DNA of 42,881 nt from Bacteroidales bacterium (GCA_018400695.1 JAGYMF010000003.1:1-42881); one strand, 5' to 3'. Counted from the stretch's first letter, positions 9,090 to 18,912 are shown. Notes: generated by a model from the letters alone, not told the origin. Translations and numbers: made by a program.

Positions 9090-12000
9090 TTATTGCTTTA
9101 TGATCTGGTAGGTTCTGTCTTTCTCATCAATAATTCTCAAGTAATAAACCGATGATGGCAGCGATCCCAGGTCCAGTTCAATTCGTTTCTCACTGCTCTC
9201 AATTGATCGGAGCATTTGACCTTTAACGGAGTATACGGTTATTTTCCTGGTATTCGGGAAATCCCTGTAGAATTCAATATTCAGAATATCGATCGCCGGT
9301 TGAGGATAGATTTTCAGCATTGATGTAATCTCATTGGATAGACCGACTAAATCACCTTCTATTGTAAACCCAATAATGCCAACGTAGCCGCTGCTATCTG
9401 TGCCTTTGATGATAAGACTGATTTCTTCCAGGATATCCATGAGTGATTTCTTTTCGCTAACAGTAAACCTGAATAACAATGAATCAGCATCAAACTCAAT
9501 ATAATCAGGAAGCGGGCTTCCATCAGCCATATATGCTTCATAAACAATCTCACCCGTCAGCCCCATGTCTGTAAATACCGATGCCGGAATAAATACGATT
9601 ACTACACCTTCCGAGCTTGTATTCTCAATCTCTATCTCATCGATACTTACTGCCTTATATTCCTCGACAACAAGTTTAAAGTCATCACTAACTGATAAAC
9701 CGTATTTGTCCTGAGCAGTGATCCTGAGATTTAATAAATCCATTTCAGCAGGTATTCCTGACAAGGTTTGACTGGTCATTGTCAGCCACTCAGGCAGTGC
9801 TTCTCCATTTGTTTGTTTTGCAGAAAAGCTTAACGCATCCTCTTCGTCGGGGTCGCTAAACAGTCCGCCAGGTATGGTATATTCAAACGGCTCATCTACG
9901 CGCGCAACAGTATCAGGAATTGATCCGTTCAATACCGGTGCAAGGTTATTTATGCTGCCACTCAGGGTTTTATAGACATCTCCATGAAATCCGGTAGCCC
10001 AGATGATTCCTGGTAATGAGCCGTTCAGGCTTATAAGGGTGGATGGATAAACAAAAGAATCATCTGAAGTCCATGTTTGTCCATTGTCAGAACTGTATGA
10101 GACACCATAATAATCCAATGAATCAGTATATCTTCCGCAGCTTATATAATGCTCATTATTTTCATCATAGAGTAAGCCGTACTCTCTGAATGGACCTTCC
10201 GGGTTAACTGGAGTCCAGGTTTCTCCACCATCAACAGTATTGTATAGCATTTTCGTTGAGGAAGCGCTTTGTATAAGTAATCCTTCAAGGTGATTCTTAA
10301 ACACCAGCTCAGTTCCTTGATACTCAATGGGAAATGCTTGCCAGGTGTTTCCTTTATCAGGGGAACGATAAATTGCACCCTGTGTGGAGTACCATATAGT
10401 ATCTCCGACTATTGCAGTATTAGAGGGGTTGTTGAATTGATAGTCTGTAAGATCTGGCATATCAGATACAGGAGTCCATGAAGCACCTCCATTAGAGGTA
10501 GTATATAGTTCATAACTATCACCTGCTACCAGACCATCATTTTCGTTCCAGAAACGGACCCAATTAGGGAAGGCCCCTTCTCCGTCATAAAGACCAGATT
10601 GGCGTGTCCAGTTTGTCCCACCGTCTGTCGTTTTGTAAAGCCCCGTCGAATTCGGATTTTCTGAGTAGTTATAAATGACTATCCATGCTGTATTTTCGTC
10701 AATAACACATAATCCGCCAGGAGTAGTGCCAGAAAATGTGCTGATTACTTCCCAGTTCTTTCCTCCATCATTTGTTTTTGCGATTTCTCCTGTATTTGCT
10801 ACTGCCCATACGTTGTCTTCGCTCGTGGCTGTAATTTGACGGGTGTAATCATTTAATCCGGAGTTATACTTCTCCCAGTTAGAATGCTTAACGCTGAATA
10901 CAAAAGAATTCTCTGCGCTTATATCAAATTGATCTTCAACTTTAAGACGAACCTGGAATTCGGACTTGCCGGTTGCTGCAAGGTCATACTTAGTCATCAA
11001 TGAGTCTCCATGTATGTAGAACAGATCATTGTCTGCACTGCCTTCCCCGGAAATCAGAGAATATTCGTAATCAAAGATAATTGGAGGAAAGCTTTGTTCC
11101 CTTGAGACAGAAAGATGGGAAGCTCTGTCATCGGCTTTCAGCGTGCTTGGTAGTTCAGTAACATTAACCTTAAATTCACTGATGGGTTTTGCTGGTTCCG
11201 GTCCAAAAATATCCTCAATAATGGTTGTGTTTTCATCAATAAATGCACTGCGATTTACATCATCAGGCCACTCAGGTTGATCCCATCCTGTATTGAGATA
11301 GTACCGATAGTTGTGTTGACCGGGAAGGGAGTAAACCTCCACGGTGTATATGTTATCCACAGCACTTTCTTTTAATTCCAGCAATTCATTACCTGGTTCT
11401 GACCAGTCTACCATGCTACCCGAAATATATACTTTATCATTACCTTCAGTAAAATTTCCTGCAGCGATTGCATTGTTCATGTCTACTTTAAAGGTCACAA
11501 AAATATAGTCCTGGTCTTTCATACAACGAACGGACATGGCATCATACTTACTTCCATCTTCCCAACGAGGCAAGTAATAAGAGCCTAAAGTACGGTATAT
11601 CGCTGTCTCTGCATCTCTCTGAGAAGAGCTCCAATAATATCCTGTACCTTCATACCAGAAAGACTGACCCGGATCATACCAGAAACCTCCGGTCACACCG
11701 TTAAAACCTGTATTATTGCCTGGTAATAGTTTATAACCCAGACCAGCACCTCTGTTTCCGCTGTGCATGTTTAGTTCATTTTCGGGGACACCTAAAAAAC
11801 GCTCCAGTGCTTGCCAGTCTTCATCTGATGGTATATGATAGCCATCCGGACAAACCCCTTGTGCACCGGGTTTGGTGGAATAATTCATTGCCTCATTCCA
11901 TGGATAGAGTCTGCCATATGCATCCAGTTTTGACAAATCATTGTTGTAGTAATATGTGGCAGGAATTGCATTACCATCAGGATAATGGGTTACCCGAAGG

Positions 12001-12142
12001 TTTTCTGTCATCCAGGTCTGAGCCCCTATTTTTACAGTTGAATAGACATTTCCATCTATGTCTGTTACTTGTTCAGTTTGTGCAAACAACATGCTTCCGA
12101 ACGTGAATAGGAAAATACAGCTGATAAGCGAGTTTTTTTCAT
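9090..12142 (-). CDS. T9SS-secreted FISUMP (Fibrobacter major paralogous) domain + CBM20-like + cadherin-like + BNR/Ycf48 propeller + He_PIG/cadherin + CTD; frameshift in A7 right after ATG 12142 (intact ORF from 12092 lacks the signal peptide)
   Basis: DIDGNVYSTVKIGAQTWMTENL..YGRLYPW..CPDGYHIPS..SVRC (FISUMP); repeated T-x-D-GG-x-W BNR boxes; LPEWLT..LSGIP; CTD KIYPQPA; one extra A restores MKKNSLISCIFLFTFGSMLFA-Q. Confidence 0.8.
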
Positions 12143-12318
12143 TGTTTAAGTGTTTTGATTTGGATCCTGTTTATGATGAATTGGTAAATTTCTTATAATA
12201 GGATTTGAGATGAATTATTGACTGAATACAAGGTAATGTTTCAGTGAAAGTTGTGCAACTGTTTTTTTGTAAAATTATCTGGCTACGGTTAATTTTTTCT
12301 TTTTCAATTGAATTTTCT

Positions 12319-12348
12319 TCAACAGCAGGAGCACGCTCCTGCTGTTGA
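12319..12348. repeat. Near-perfect 30-bp palindrome
   Basis: tcaacagcaggagc-ac-gctcctgctgttga (14-bp perfect arms). Confidence 0.85.
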
Positions 12349-12473
12349 GTGCACTTCTCGGTCACAAACTCTTTCAGCAAATCCATTTTTAAAATAGATT
12401 TTTCCTTACGCCCAGTTCTCATGCCATTCTTTTAGTAATGCCGTGAATACCCTGCGGAAGCAGACAGGATTTG

Positions 12474-12501
12474 GGGAGATCCGAAGACTTTGAGCGGGCA
12501 A
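12474..12501 (+). repeat. 28-bp direct repeat, right copy
   Basis: Identical to 8960..8987; ends 2 bp before the symporter stop codon. Confidence 0.95.
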
Positions 12502-12503
12502 TT

Positions 12504-13874
12504 TTACTTCTCTCCCTTCAATTTTCCAAAATATTCCTTCGAGGCCCTGATCACTTTCGGTGAGAGGAGGATCGCGGAGATCATCGTGGGGAAGGCCATC
12601 AGCGCATAGGCCCCGTCGAAGATGCCCACGGTGAAGCCCAGGGTTGCTGCAGCGCCCAGGGGTATGACAGCTACATAGAGCCATTTGTAGATATAGTCGT
12701 GCCTGGCACCGAAAACGAAAGAGAAGCACTTGGTGCCATAATAGGGAAATGAAAGCATGGTAGAGATCGCGAAAATCGAGACGCAAACGGCCAGTAAGAC
12801 CGCTCCGATGCCGGGAATGCCTTCTTCGAATGCCAGTGCAGTGAGTGTGATCCCGTCAACATCGCTATCATGCCAGACGCCGGTGATGATCAATGCCAGG
12901 GCGGTCATGGTGCATACGATGATCGTATCTACAACAGGTCCCAACATCGCTACCAGTCCTTCCCTCACTGGTTCGTTGGTTTTTGCTGCGCCGTGGGCCA
13001 TGGGTGCCGTTCCGATCCCTGCTTCATTGGAGAATGCTGCTCTCCTGACCCCGGTGATGATCAGCGCGCCCAGTGCCCCTCCCATAACCGAGTCTGCGTG
13101 GAACGCATCGTGGAATATCAGTTGAAATCCCGGGAGAATTCTGTCGGCGTGGGTAGCGAGGATATATAGTACGGAGACGATATACAGCAGGACCATCACC
13201 GGTACCATGCGACTGGTGACCTTGCCGATCCTCCGGATCCCTCCGAAGATCACCAGAGAAACGACCGTTGCGATCATCAGGCCTGTGACAAGGTCGGATG
13301 TAAGCCCGGTGCTTACTCCTGCGGGAATGAGGATCACATCCCTGATCACCTGTGTCATTTGATTGGCCTGGAACATGGGCGATACGCCGATCATACCGAG
13401 CAGGGAAAAGAAGACAGCCAGGGGACGCCAGTTTTTGCCCAGCCCTTCAACGATCACATACATGGGACCTCCCTGCAGTTCCCCGGAAGAATCTCTTCCG
13501 CGAAACATGACGGCCAGGGTGCAGGTGAAATATTTGGTGGTGACACCCAGGATGGCGCTCACCCACATCCAGAAAATTGCTCCGGGACCGCCATGGACAA
13601 TGGCCAAGGCAACTCCGCTGACATTTCCCATGCCGACAGTGGCTGCCAGTGCAGTGGTGAGTGCTTCGAAGTGGCGGATCTGACCGGGCTCATCGGGATT
13701 GTCATATTTTCCCCGGAGAATCTGTATGGCATGGCGGATATACCGCAGGGGCAGGAGCCGGGAATAGAAGGTGAAAAAGAGTCCGCCCCCCAGCAACAAC
13801 ACCAGCAGGGGTGTTCCCCAGGCCAGGTCGCTGAATCCTACGATGATCTTTTCTGCCAGGCTGATCTCTTTCAA
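12504..13874 (-). CDS. Alanine/glycine:cation symporter (AGCS family)
   Basis: ALAATVGMGNVSGVALAI..GGPGAIFWMW, GGPMYVI, RRAAFSNEAGIGTAP, VDTIIVCTMTAL; many TM segments; TTG start. Confidence 0.93.
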   Translation of the reverse strand: MKEISLAEKIIVGFSDLAWGTPLLVLLLGGGLFFTFYSRLLPLRYIRHAIQILRGKYDNPDEPGQIRHFEALTTALAATVGMGNVSGVALAIVHGGPGAIFWMWVSAILGVTTKYFTCTLAVMFRGRDSSGELQGGPMYVIVEGLGKNWRPLAVFFSLLGMIGVSPMFQANQMTQVIRDVILIPAGVSTGLTSDLVTGLMIATVVSLVIFGGIRRIGKVTSRMVPVMVLLYIVSVLYILATHADRILPGFQLIFHDAFHADSVMGGALGALIITGVRRAAFSNEAGIGTAPMAHGAAKTNEPVREGLVAMLGPVVDTIIVCTMTALALIITGVWHDSDVDGITLTALAFEEGIPGIGAVLLAVCVSIFAISTMLSFPYYGTKCFSFVFGARHDYIYKWLYVAVIPLGAAATLGFTVGIFDGAYALMAFPTMISAILLSPKVIRASKEYFGKLKGEK

Positions 13875-13984
13875 AACATTGTTCTCTTTGTTACGCTCCC
13901 CAATCCAACGCTTGATCTCCGGAGGAGGGGAGGTTTAATGCAACCTTTCAATCTATTACAGGCGGATCGGGAGCTCAGGGAGCT

Positions 13985-15757
13985 TTATCTCATAATCCCC
14001 ATTTTTTTCATCAGGAAGCTGGCATTCATATTTTTCGCCAGTCCCGGCCTGATGGTATAGTCAAAATGGAGCTCCAGCTCCTCAATGTAGCTTTCAAAGC
14101 AGTAATTGACGATCTTCCCGGGGTGCGCCTCCTGCATTTCACCCAGCGAAAGGTCATGCGTGGCAATGAAACAGAGAACATCATGACCGATCGCCCGCTC
14201 GATCAGTCCGCGGGTCCCTTTCTGCTTATCTGTCGTGTTTGTCCCTTTCAGCACTTCATCGAGCAGGATCAGCAGCTTCTCATTCCCCTCCATCCGGTCA
14301 ACAATCTTTTTCAGCCGCTTGATCTCGGCAAAGAAATAGGACTCCTCATCCTTCAGGGAGTCGGAGGTGCGCATGCCGGAGAAAAGATGGTATGGTCCCG
14401 TTACAAATTCTGCAGCACAGACCGGACAGCCTGCATATGCGAGGACCATGTTTACGCCTACGGAACGGAGGAACGTGCTTTTCCCGGCCATGTTGGCACC
14501 GGTGATGAGCACGACCCGTTCATTGTCGATCGTCAGGGAGTTGTCTACCCTTTTTTCGTCGGGGATCATCGGGTGCCCGAGCTGTACTGCCTTTAGTCCG
14601 GTATGATCGTTCCTGACCCCGGGGTAGGTGTATCCGGGGTGGTTAAAGGCAAACCCTGCAAGGCTGAAGAGGGCATCGCTCTCCCCGGCAATGTCCAGCC
14701 ATCTCACCAGGTCCTCCCGGTGCCTCCTGTTCCAGGATGCCAGCCGGTGCAGCATGAAAAAATCAAACAGCATCAACGCATTTAATGTAAATCCGACGAG
14801 GATGTTGAGCCGCTGATCGAACAGGTTCAGCATCGAAGAGAGCTGCCGGATGGCGCGGGAAGCATCCTGGGAGTCATCGCAGAAGCGCCTGAGCCGCGGA
14901 TGATCAAACGTTTCTGCGGCGATGATTTCAAGCAGGGTTGAATAGGTCCTCAGGAACCGGTGCTTTTTCGACACCTGCTCCTGGTAGCGGCCGGTCCGGG
15001 TAAAGAACGGGGAGAGCAGTGACAGGTTCAGGAGGACCACCGGTACCAGCAGGCGGAAAACAGGTGGATGAAAAATGCCTGCAGTGATGATCCCTGCCGA
15101 GACGAAGGTCATGATCACCGGCAGGATCTTTGTCCACCGCTTGTTCTCTACGAACACCTGCGCGGCCGACCATTCAATGATACGTCCGAGGTCCTGTTCC
15201 TCCGTATCCATCATCCGCGCATGGGCGGTGAAGTGCTGCCGCAGGTTGATCTTTTCCGCCAGCTCCCTGATCACCGCCTGCCGCTTGCCGAACTCCTTTT
15301 CATCCGTCACAGGCGTGCCCAGGTATTCAGCCAGTTTCTCCGGACCCGTGTGTGTGGCAGTGCGGTTGAGTGACTGGTACAGGGATCGTTCGCCAAAAAG
15401 GTCCAGGTCGTACGACCAGGGGTGCCCGGGATCGATGAATTGTTCACCGCCGCGAAAGGAGGAGAAGTCATGCCGCAGCGCCCCGGCCTCTTCATCGTTG
15501 ATGGCGATCAGCTCCTCCAGCAGCCTCTTTTTGTCGTGCTGGTTTTTGTGGTAGCTCACGAAGACGAAAAACATCACAACCATCAGTCCTGCAGGCACCA
15601 GCAGGATATCATATCCGCTCCTGACAGCAAGTACGATGAAGTAGATGGTCCCCGCAATGAGCAGCAGCCGAAGGATACTGATATAAGCGATGACCTTCTT
15701 CTGCCGCTGCAACAACACCTCAAAACGCGCTTTCCTTTTCCCGTATTCCGTATCCAT
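13985..15757 (-). CDS. Membrane-anchored MutS-like ATPase (MutS domain V; not canonical MutS1)
   Basis: N-terminal TM helices; HPMI, Walker A ITGANMAGKSTFLR, SYFFAEIKRL, Walker B LLDEVLKGTN, ATHD. Confidence 0.88.
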   Translation of the reverse strand: MDTEYGKRKARFEVLLQRQKKVIAYISILRLLLIAGTIYFIVLAVRSGYDILLVPAGLMVVMFFVFVSYHKNQHDKKRLLEELIAINDEEAGALRHDFSSFRGGEQFIDPGHPWSYDLDLFGERSLYQSLNRTATHTGPEKLAEYLGTPVTDEKEFGKRQAVIRELAEKINLRQHFTAHARMMDTEEQDLGRIIEWSAAQVFVENKRWTKILPVIMTFVSAGIITAGIFHPPVFRLLVPVVLLNLSLLSPFFTRTGRYQEQVSKKHRFLRTYSTLLEIIAAETFDHPRLRRFCDDSQDASRAIRQLSSMLNLFDQRLNILVGFTLNALMLFDFFMLHRLASWNRRHREDLVRWLDIAGESDALFSLAGFAFNHPGYTYPGVRNDHTGLKAVQLGHPMIPDEKRVDNSLTIDNERVVLITGANMAGKSTFLRSVGVNMVLAYAGCPVCAAEFVTGPYHLFSGMRTSDSLKDEESYFFAEIKRLKKIVDRMEGNEKLLILLDEVLKGTNTTDKQKGTRGLIERAIGHDVLCFIATHDLSLGEMQEAHPGKIVNYCFESYIEELELHFDYTIRPGLAKNMNASFLMKKMGIMR

Positions 15758-15778
15758 ATTTTTTCACTTCATATATAC

Positions 15779-15976
15779 AACTCTCACTCTCTGAACTCTC
15801 TCTCTCAACTTTCAACTCTCTCAACTCTCAACTCTCTAAACTCTCAACTCTCTGAACTCTCTCTCTCAACTTTCAACTCTTTCAACTCTCAACTCTCTAA
15901 ACTTTCAACTCTCTAAACTCTCAACTCTCTAAACTCTAAACTCTCTAAACTCTCAACTCTCTAAACTCTCAACTCA
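15779..15976. repeat. Compound short tandem repeat array of AACTCTC/AACTCTCTA/AACTTTC units
   Basis: About 24 units of 7, 9 and 13 nt; 61-bp higher-order duplication then 16-bp (7+9) period; only two G on the + strand. Confidence 0.95.
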
Positions 15977-17551
15977 CAAAGCTCCACACCGCCGGTTCTC
16001 CCGTCCCAGCAGAATCGGGATCCGGAATCCCACCGCAGCCTTCCAGCCGTTACCGCGGTAGCTGACCGTGCTTATTGGCGGATACTCATCCAGGGAGGTG
16101 GTTACACTGGTCTGACCGATGGTTCTGAACCCGTGGCTGTAGGTAACACTGGCAGTGACAGCAAGCGGAAGGCTTATTGGTACACGGTACTCCAGCCCCA
16201 CACCTGCCTTCACGGTATATCCGAAACGCACCGGTCTCGATGCACTATATTCGAATGTTCCTCCAACCGGTCCCCCAGTTGTATTGTAGTCAAAGGATCC
16301 CCCGCCGGCAGATGCCGAATCCGCAACTATAAAATGGGTCAGCATCGAAGCGCCCAGGGTAGGGTAGACAGCGACCATGCTCCTGTAAAGATCAATATAG
16401 TACCTGAACATCAGCGGGACCTCCAAAAATCCTGGCGCCGCGGCACGTTCGCCGGCATCTGCCTCATGGTCGTACATCAGCGACACATAGGTGGCCGACC
16501 GTTGGTAATAGGCACCCACATCAACACCCAGCGCATTGCCGATCATCAACCCGGCATAGCCTCCCGTATGCATATTCGCGTACCTGAAAACCCCTTTCCC
16601 ATCGATGGGTCGTGCTCCCACAGCAGGATTCGTGGTGGAGAAGGAGCGCCACAGCGCCCCGATGTCGCCGCCGAAATAGAGGGTCCGGATCTCCCTTTTA
16701 AAGGAGCGCTGCTCCGTGGAGTGTTCGATCCTCCGGTGCTTCCGCACATCCCTGTTCTCCCACAGGTTGCTCACCGGGATGTGCAGGCTGAAGGCGCTTT
16801 CCCACCGGCTGCCATCTGAACGGCAGGTCGCTGTTAGTGGCGTCCCGGCGGAAAGATAATCGACCGTGGCGGCGGTCACATCGCGCAACCCCCTGAGGTA
16901 ACCAACACGCAACGAGACCTGCCAATTGGCGTTCATCCGGTAATTTACCGATACCCCGGTTTCGAGGAGGTGCAGGTCCTGCCGCACAACCTCCTGCTGC
17001 ATATCGTACTCCACAACGTTCCCCGCTTTGTCCGAAAGCAGGGATGCGGTACGTGGCAGCCAAGCATTCCCCGCCATTCTTCCGTAGTGGTAGCCCAGCT
17101 GCGGGGTGAAGCTGACGACGAGCGCGGGGTGCTGCCATGTGTATGCGATCCGCAGGGGGACCGACCAGGTGTTGTACTGTTGCTGAACGGATTGGTGCGG
17201 CCTGTTGTCCTGCAGGTTCAATCCGCCGTGGTATTGGTGGATGCTGACGCCAGTACCAACGCTGAGCCCGGGCATCACCTCCTGCCACAACGCCACATTG
17301 CCGGCCGTTCCATAGATCACCGCATCGTCGAACGTGCCGACCGGATCATCGGCCGTGTAGATATCCCACGCGGGACCGCCATCGAGGGTGAGGGTTGTTT
17401 TGAGCTGACAATGCAGGGGGAGGGCGGAAAAGAGCAGCAGGGCCAGGAGGGGAACAAGCTTTCTTATGCGGTGCAGGCTATTGTCGGGACCAGTTTTTCC
17501 GGCTGAACGAATGCCGGCGCCGGAAGGTTGGTATAACGGGCTGCTGTGCAT
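15974..17551 (-). CDS. Outer-membrane protein with two tandem beta-barrel (porin/PorT-like) domains
   Basis: Hydrophobic signal LVPLLALLLFSALPLHC-Q; two sets of amphipathic strands (WSVPLRIAY / FLEVPLMFRY; AFSLHIPV / AAVGFRIPI); start uncertain. Confidence 0.6.
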   Translation of the reverse strand: MHSSPLYQPSGAGIRSAGKTGPDNSLHRIRKLVPLLALLLFSALPLHCQLKTTLTLDGGPAWDIYTADDPVGTFDDAVIYGTAGNVALWQEVMPGLSVGTGVSIHQYHGGLNLQDNRPHQSVQQQYNTWSVPLRIAYTWQHPALVVSFTPQLGYHYGRMAGNAWLPRTASLLSDKAGNVVEYDMQQEVVRQDLHLLETGVSVNYRMNANWQVSLRVGYLRGLRDVTAATVDYLSAGTPLTATCRSDGSRWESAFSLHIPVSNLWENRDVRKHRRIEHSTEQRSFKREIRTLYFGGDIGALWRSFSTTNPAVGARPIDGKGVFRYANMHTGGYAGLMIGNALGVDVGAYYQRSATYVSLMYDHEADAGERAAAPGFLEVPLMFRYYIDLYRSMVAVYPTLGASMLTHFIVADSASAGGGSFDYNTTGGPVGGTFEYSASRPVRFGYTVKAGVGLEYRVPISLPLAVTASVTYSHGFRTIGQTSVTTSLDEYPPISTVSYRGNGWKAAVGFRIPILLGRENRRCGAL

Positions 17552-17559
17552 AGGCTGGA

Positions 17560-18912
17560 TCAGAATGTCAGTGAGAAAATGGTCTCCTTCTCCGGCTGCG
17601 ACTGGGCCGTGATGGTGCCGCCGTGAAGCCGGAGGATCTGCCGCGACAGGCTCAGTCCGATCCCGGAGCCGCTTCTCTTGGTCGTAAAAAATGGGATAAA
17701 GATCTTATCGAGCACCTCCTGGAGGATCCCGCGGCCGTTGTCGGTGACCTGGATGGTGGGTCGTCCCCGTTTGTTGTAGTAGCCCCTGATCGATATGTGC
17801 CCGTTAGCCACCCCCTCAAGGGCCTGCGTAGAATTCTTGATGAGGTTGATGAGTACCTGGGAGATCATGTGCTCGTCGATCTGCAGCAGGATGCTCTCCG
17901 ATTCAATGGTATAGGTCAGCTTAACCCCCTGGTCCTCCACCTCCTTCTTCATCAGCGTTACGACATTTTCCACCAATGTCTTCATCTGTATCATCTCAAA
18001 ATTCGGCTGTGGAATCTTGGTAAGGCTGCGGTAGGTCTCTACAAAATTCATCAACCCTGTGCTTCGCTTGTTGATGGTCTGCAGTGCCTGCTGGATCTCC
18101 TTCACCGCCTCTTTGTCAAGCGAGGGCGCCTCTTTGTCCTCCTGAAGATATCCTTTGATCATCATCTCAATGGTCGATGAGAGGCTGGAGATGGGGGCAA
18201 TGGAGTTCATGATCTCATGGGTGAGGACCCTGATCAGCTTCTGCCACGATTCGGTCTCCTGCAGTTCCAGGACGTTCTGAATATTTTTTACGGTGGTCAG
18301 CATGAGACGCTTGTCCTTCACTTTAAACTCGGTGGTCTGGATCGCCAGCTGCAACAGGTCGTCCTCATCCTGCACCTTCACGAGGAGGTTTTCGCCCGGC
18401 TGGATTTTCAGCAGGGTATCGCTGAGCTCCTGGCTCAGGGTGCTGAGCTGACGGATGTTTTTCAGTGTGCTGACCTGGAAGAGTTTCTTTGCTGCCGGAT
18501 TGATCATCTCCACCTCCCCGTTAGGCTGGTAGGAAAGGATGCTTACGTCGATATTCTGCACGATCGTTTGCAGGTAATGGAAGTGTTCCTCCTTCTCTGC
18601 ACGCACCTGCTGGAAATCATCCATCACATCGTTGAAGGCTTCATGCAGTGCCTCGAACGACGGACCTGCATCTTTCATGGTAAAGGTCCGGGTAAACTCC
18701 GAATACCTGATCGAATCCAGGAAATTGGTCAGCTCCCTGTTTGTCCGGTCAACATAGCGGATCAGTGCCCAGACCTGGTACACCATCAGCGCGACCACCA
18801 TGACAGGCGTGAAGATATGTGACTGGTCCAGCGACAGGAACAGCAACAGGCATGTGAAGGTGATCAGCAATACCCTGATGGTTACATTAACCCTGAATTG
18901 TTTATAAACCAT
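17560..18912 (-). CDS. NtrY/NtrB-type sensor histidine kinase (2 TM, PAS, HisKA, HATPase)
   Basis: SWQKLIRVLTHEIMNSIAPI H box; NLIKNS, DNGRGI, FIPFFTTK, GSGIGL. Confidence 0.92.
   Translation of the reverse strand: MVYKQFRVNVTIRVLLITFTCLLLFLSLDQSHIFTPVMVVALMVYQVWALIRYVDRTNRELTNFLDSIRYSEFTRTFTMKDAGPSFEALHEAFNDVMDDFQQVRAEKEEHFHYLQTIVQNIDVSILSYQPNGEVEMINPAAKKLFQVSTLKNIRQLSTLSQELSDTLLKIQPGENLLVKVQDEDDLLQLAIQTTEFKVKDKRLMLTTVKNIQNVLELQETESWQKLIRVLTHEIMNSIAPISSLSSTIEMMIKGYLQEDKEAPSLDKEAVKEIQQALQTINKRSTGLMNFVETYRSLTKIPQPNFEMIQMKTLVENVVTLMKKEVEDQGVKLTYTIESESILLQIDEHMISQVLINLIKNSTQALEGVANGHISIRGYYNKRGRPTIQVTDNGRGILQEVLDKIFIPFFTTKRSGSGIGLSLSRQILRLHGGTITAQSQPEKETIFSLTF

Larger units (their letters stand above)
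8988..12473. mobile_element. Integrase-less 3.5-kb inserted segment (genomic islet) between 28-bp direct repeats
   Basis: Flanked by perfect 28-bp repeats; visibly AT-richer than flanks (spot counts about 43% vs about 58% GC); removal leaves the tlpA-like and symporter genes tail-to-tail. Confidence 0.65.

Noticed and set aside
12171-12422. 83-aa minus-strand ORF inside the islet (possible integrase/excisionase remnant)
   Set aside because: No recognisable motif; runs through the palindrome and AT-rich promoter region; probably spurious
13985-15757. Canonical mismatch-repair mutS or mutS2
   Set aside because: Too short, has TM helices, and lacks the mismatch-binding and Smr domains
15422-15916. 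164-aa plus-strand ORF with Ser/Leu/Asn repeats
   Set aside because: Antisense to the MutS-like gene; its tail is just the translated tandem repeat
15779-15976. Possible CRISPR array
   Set aside because: No unique spacers, units are 7-13 nt and low complexity, and no cas genes in the window
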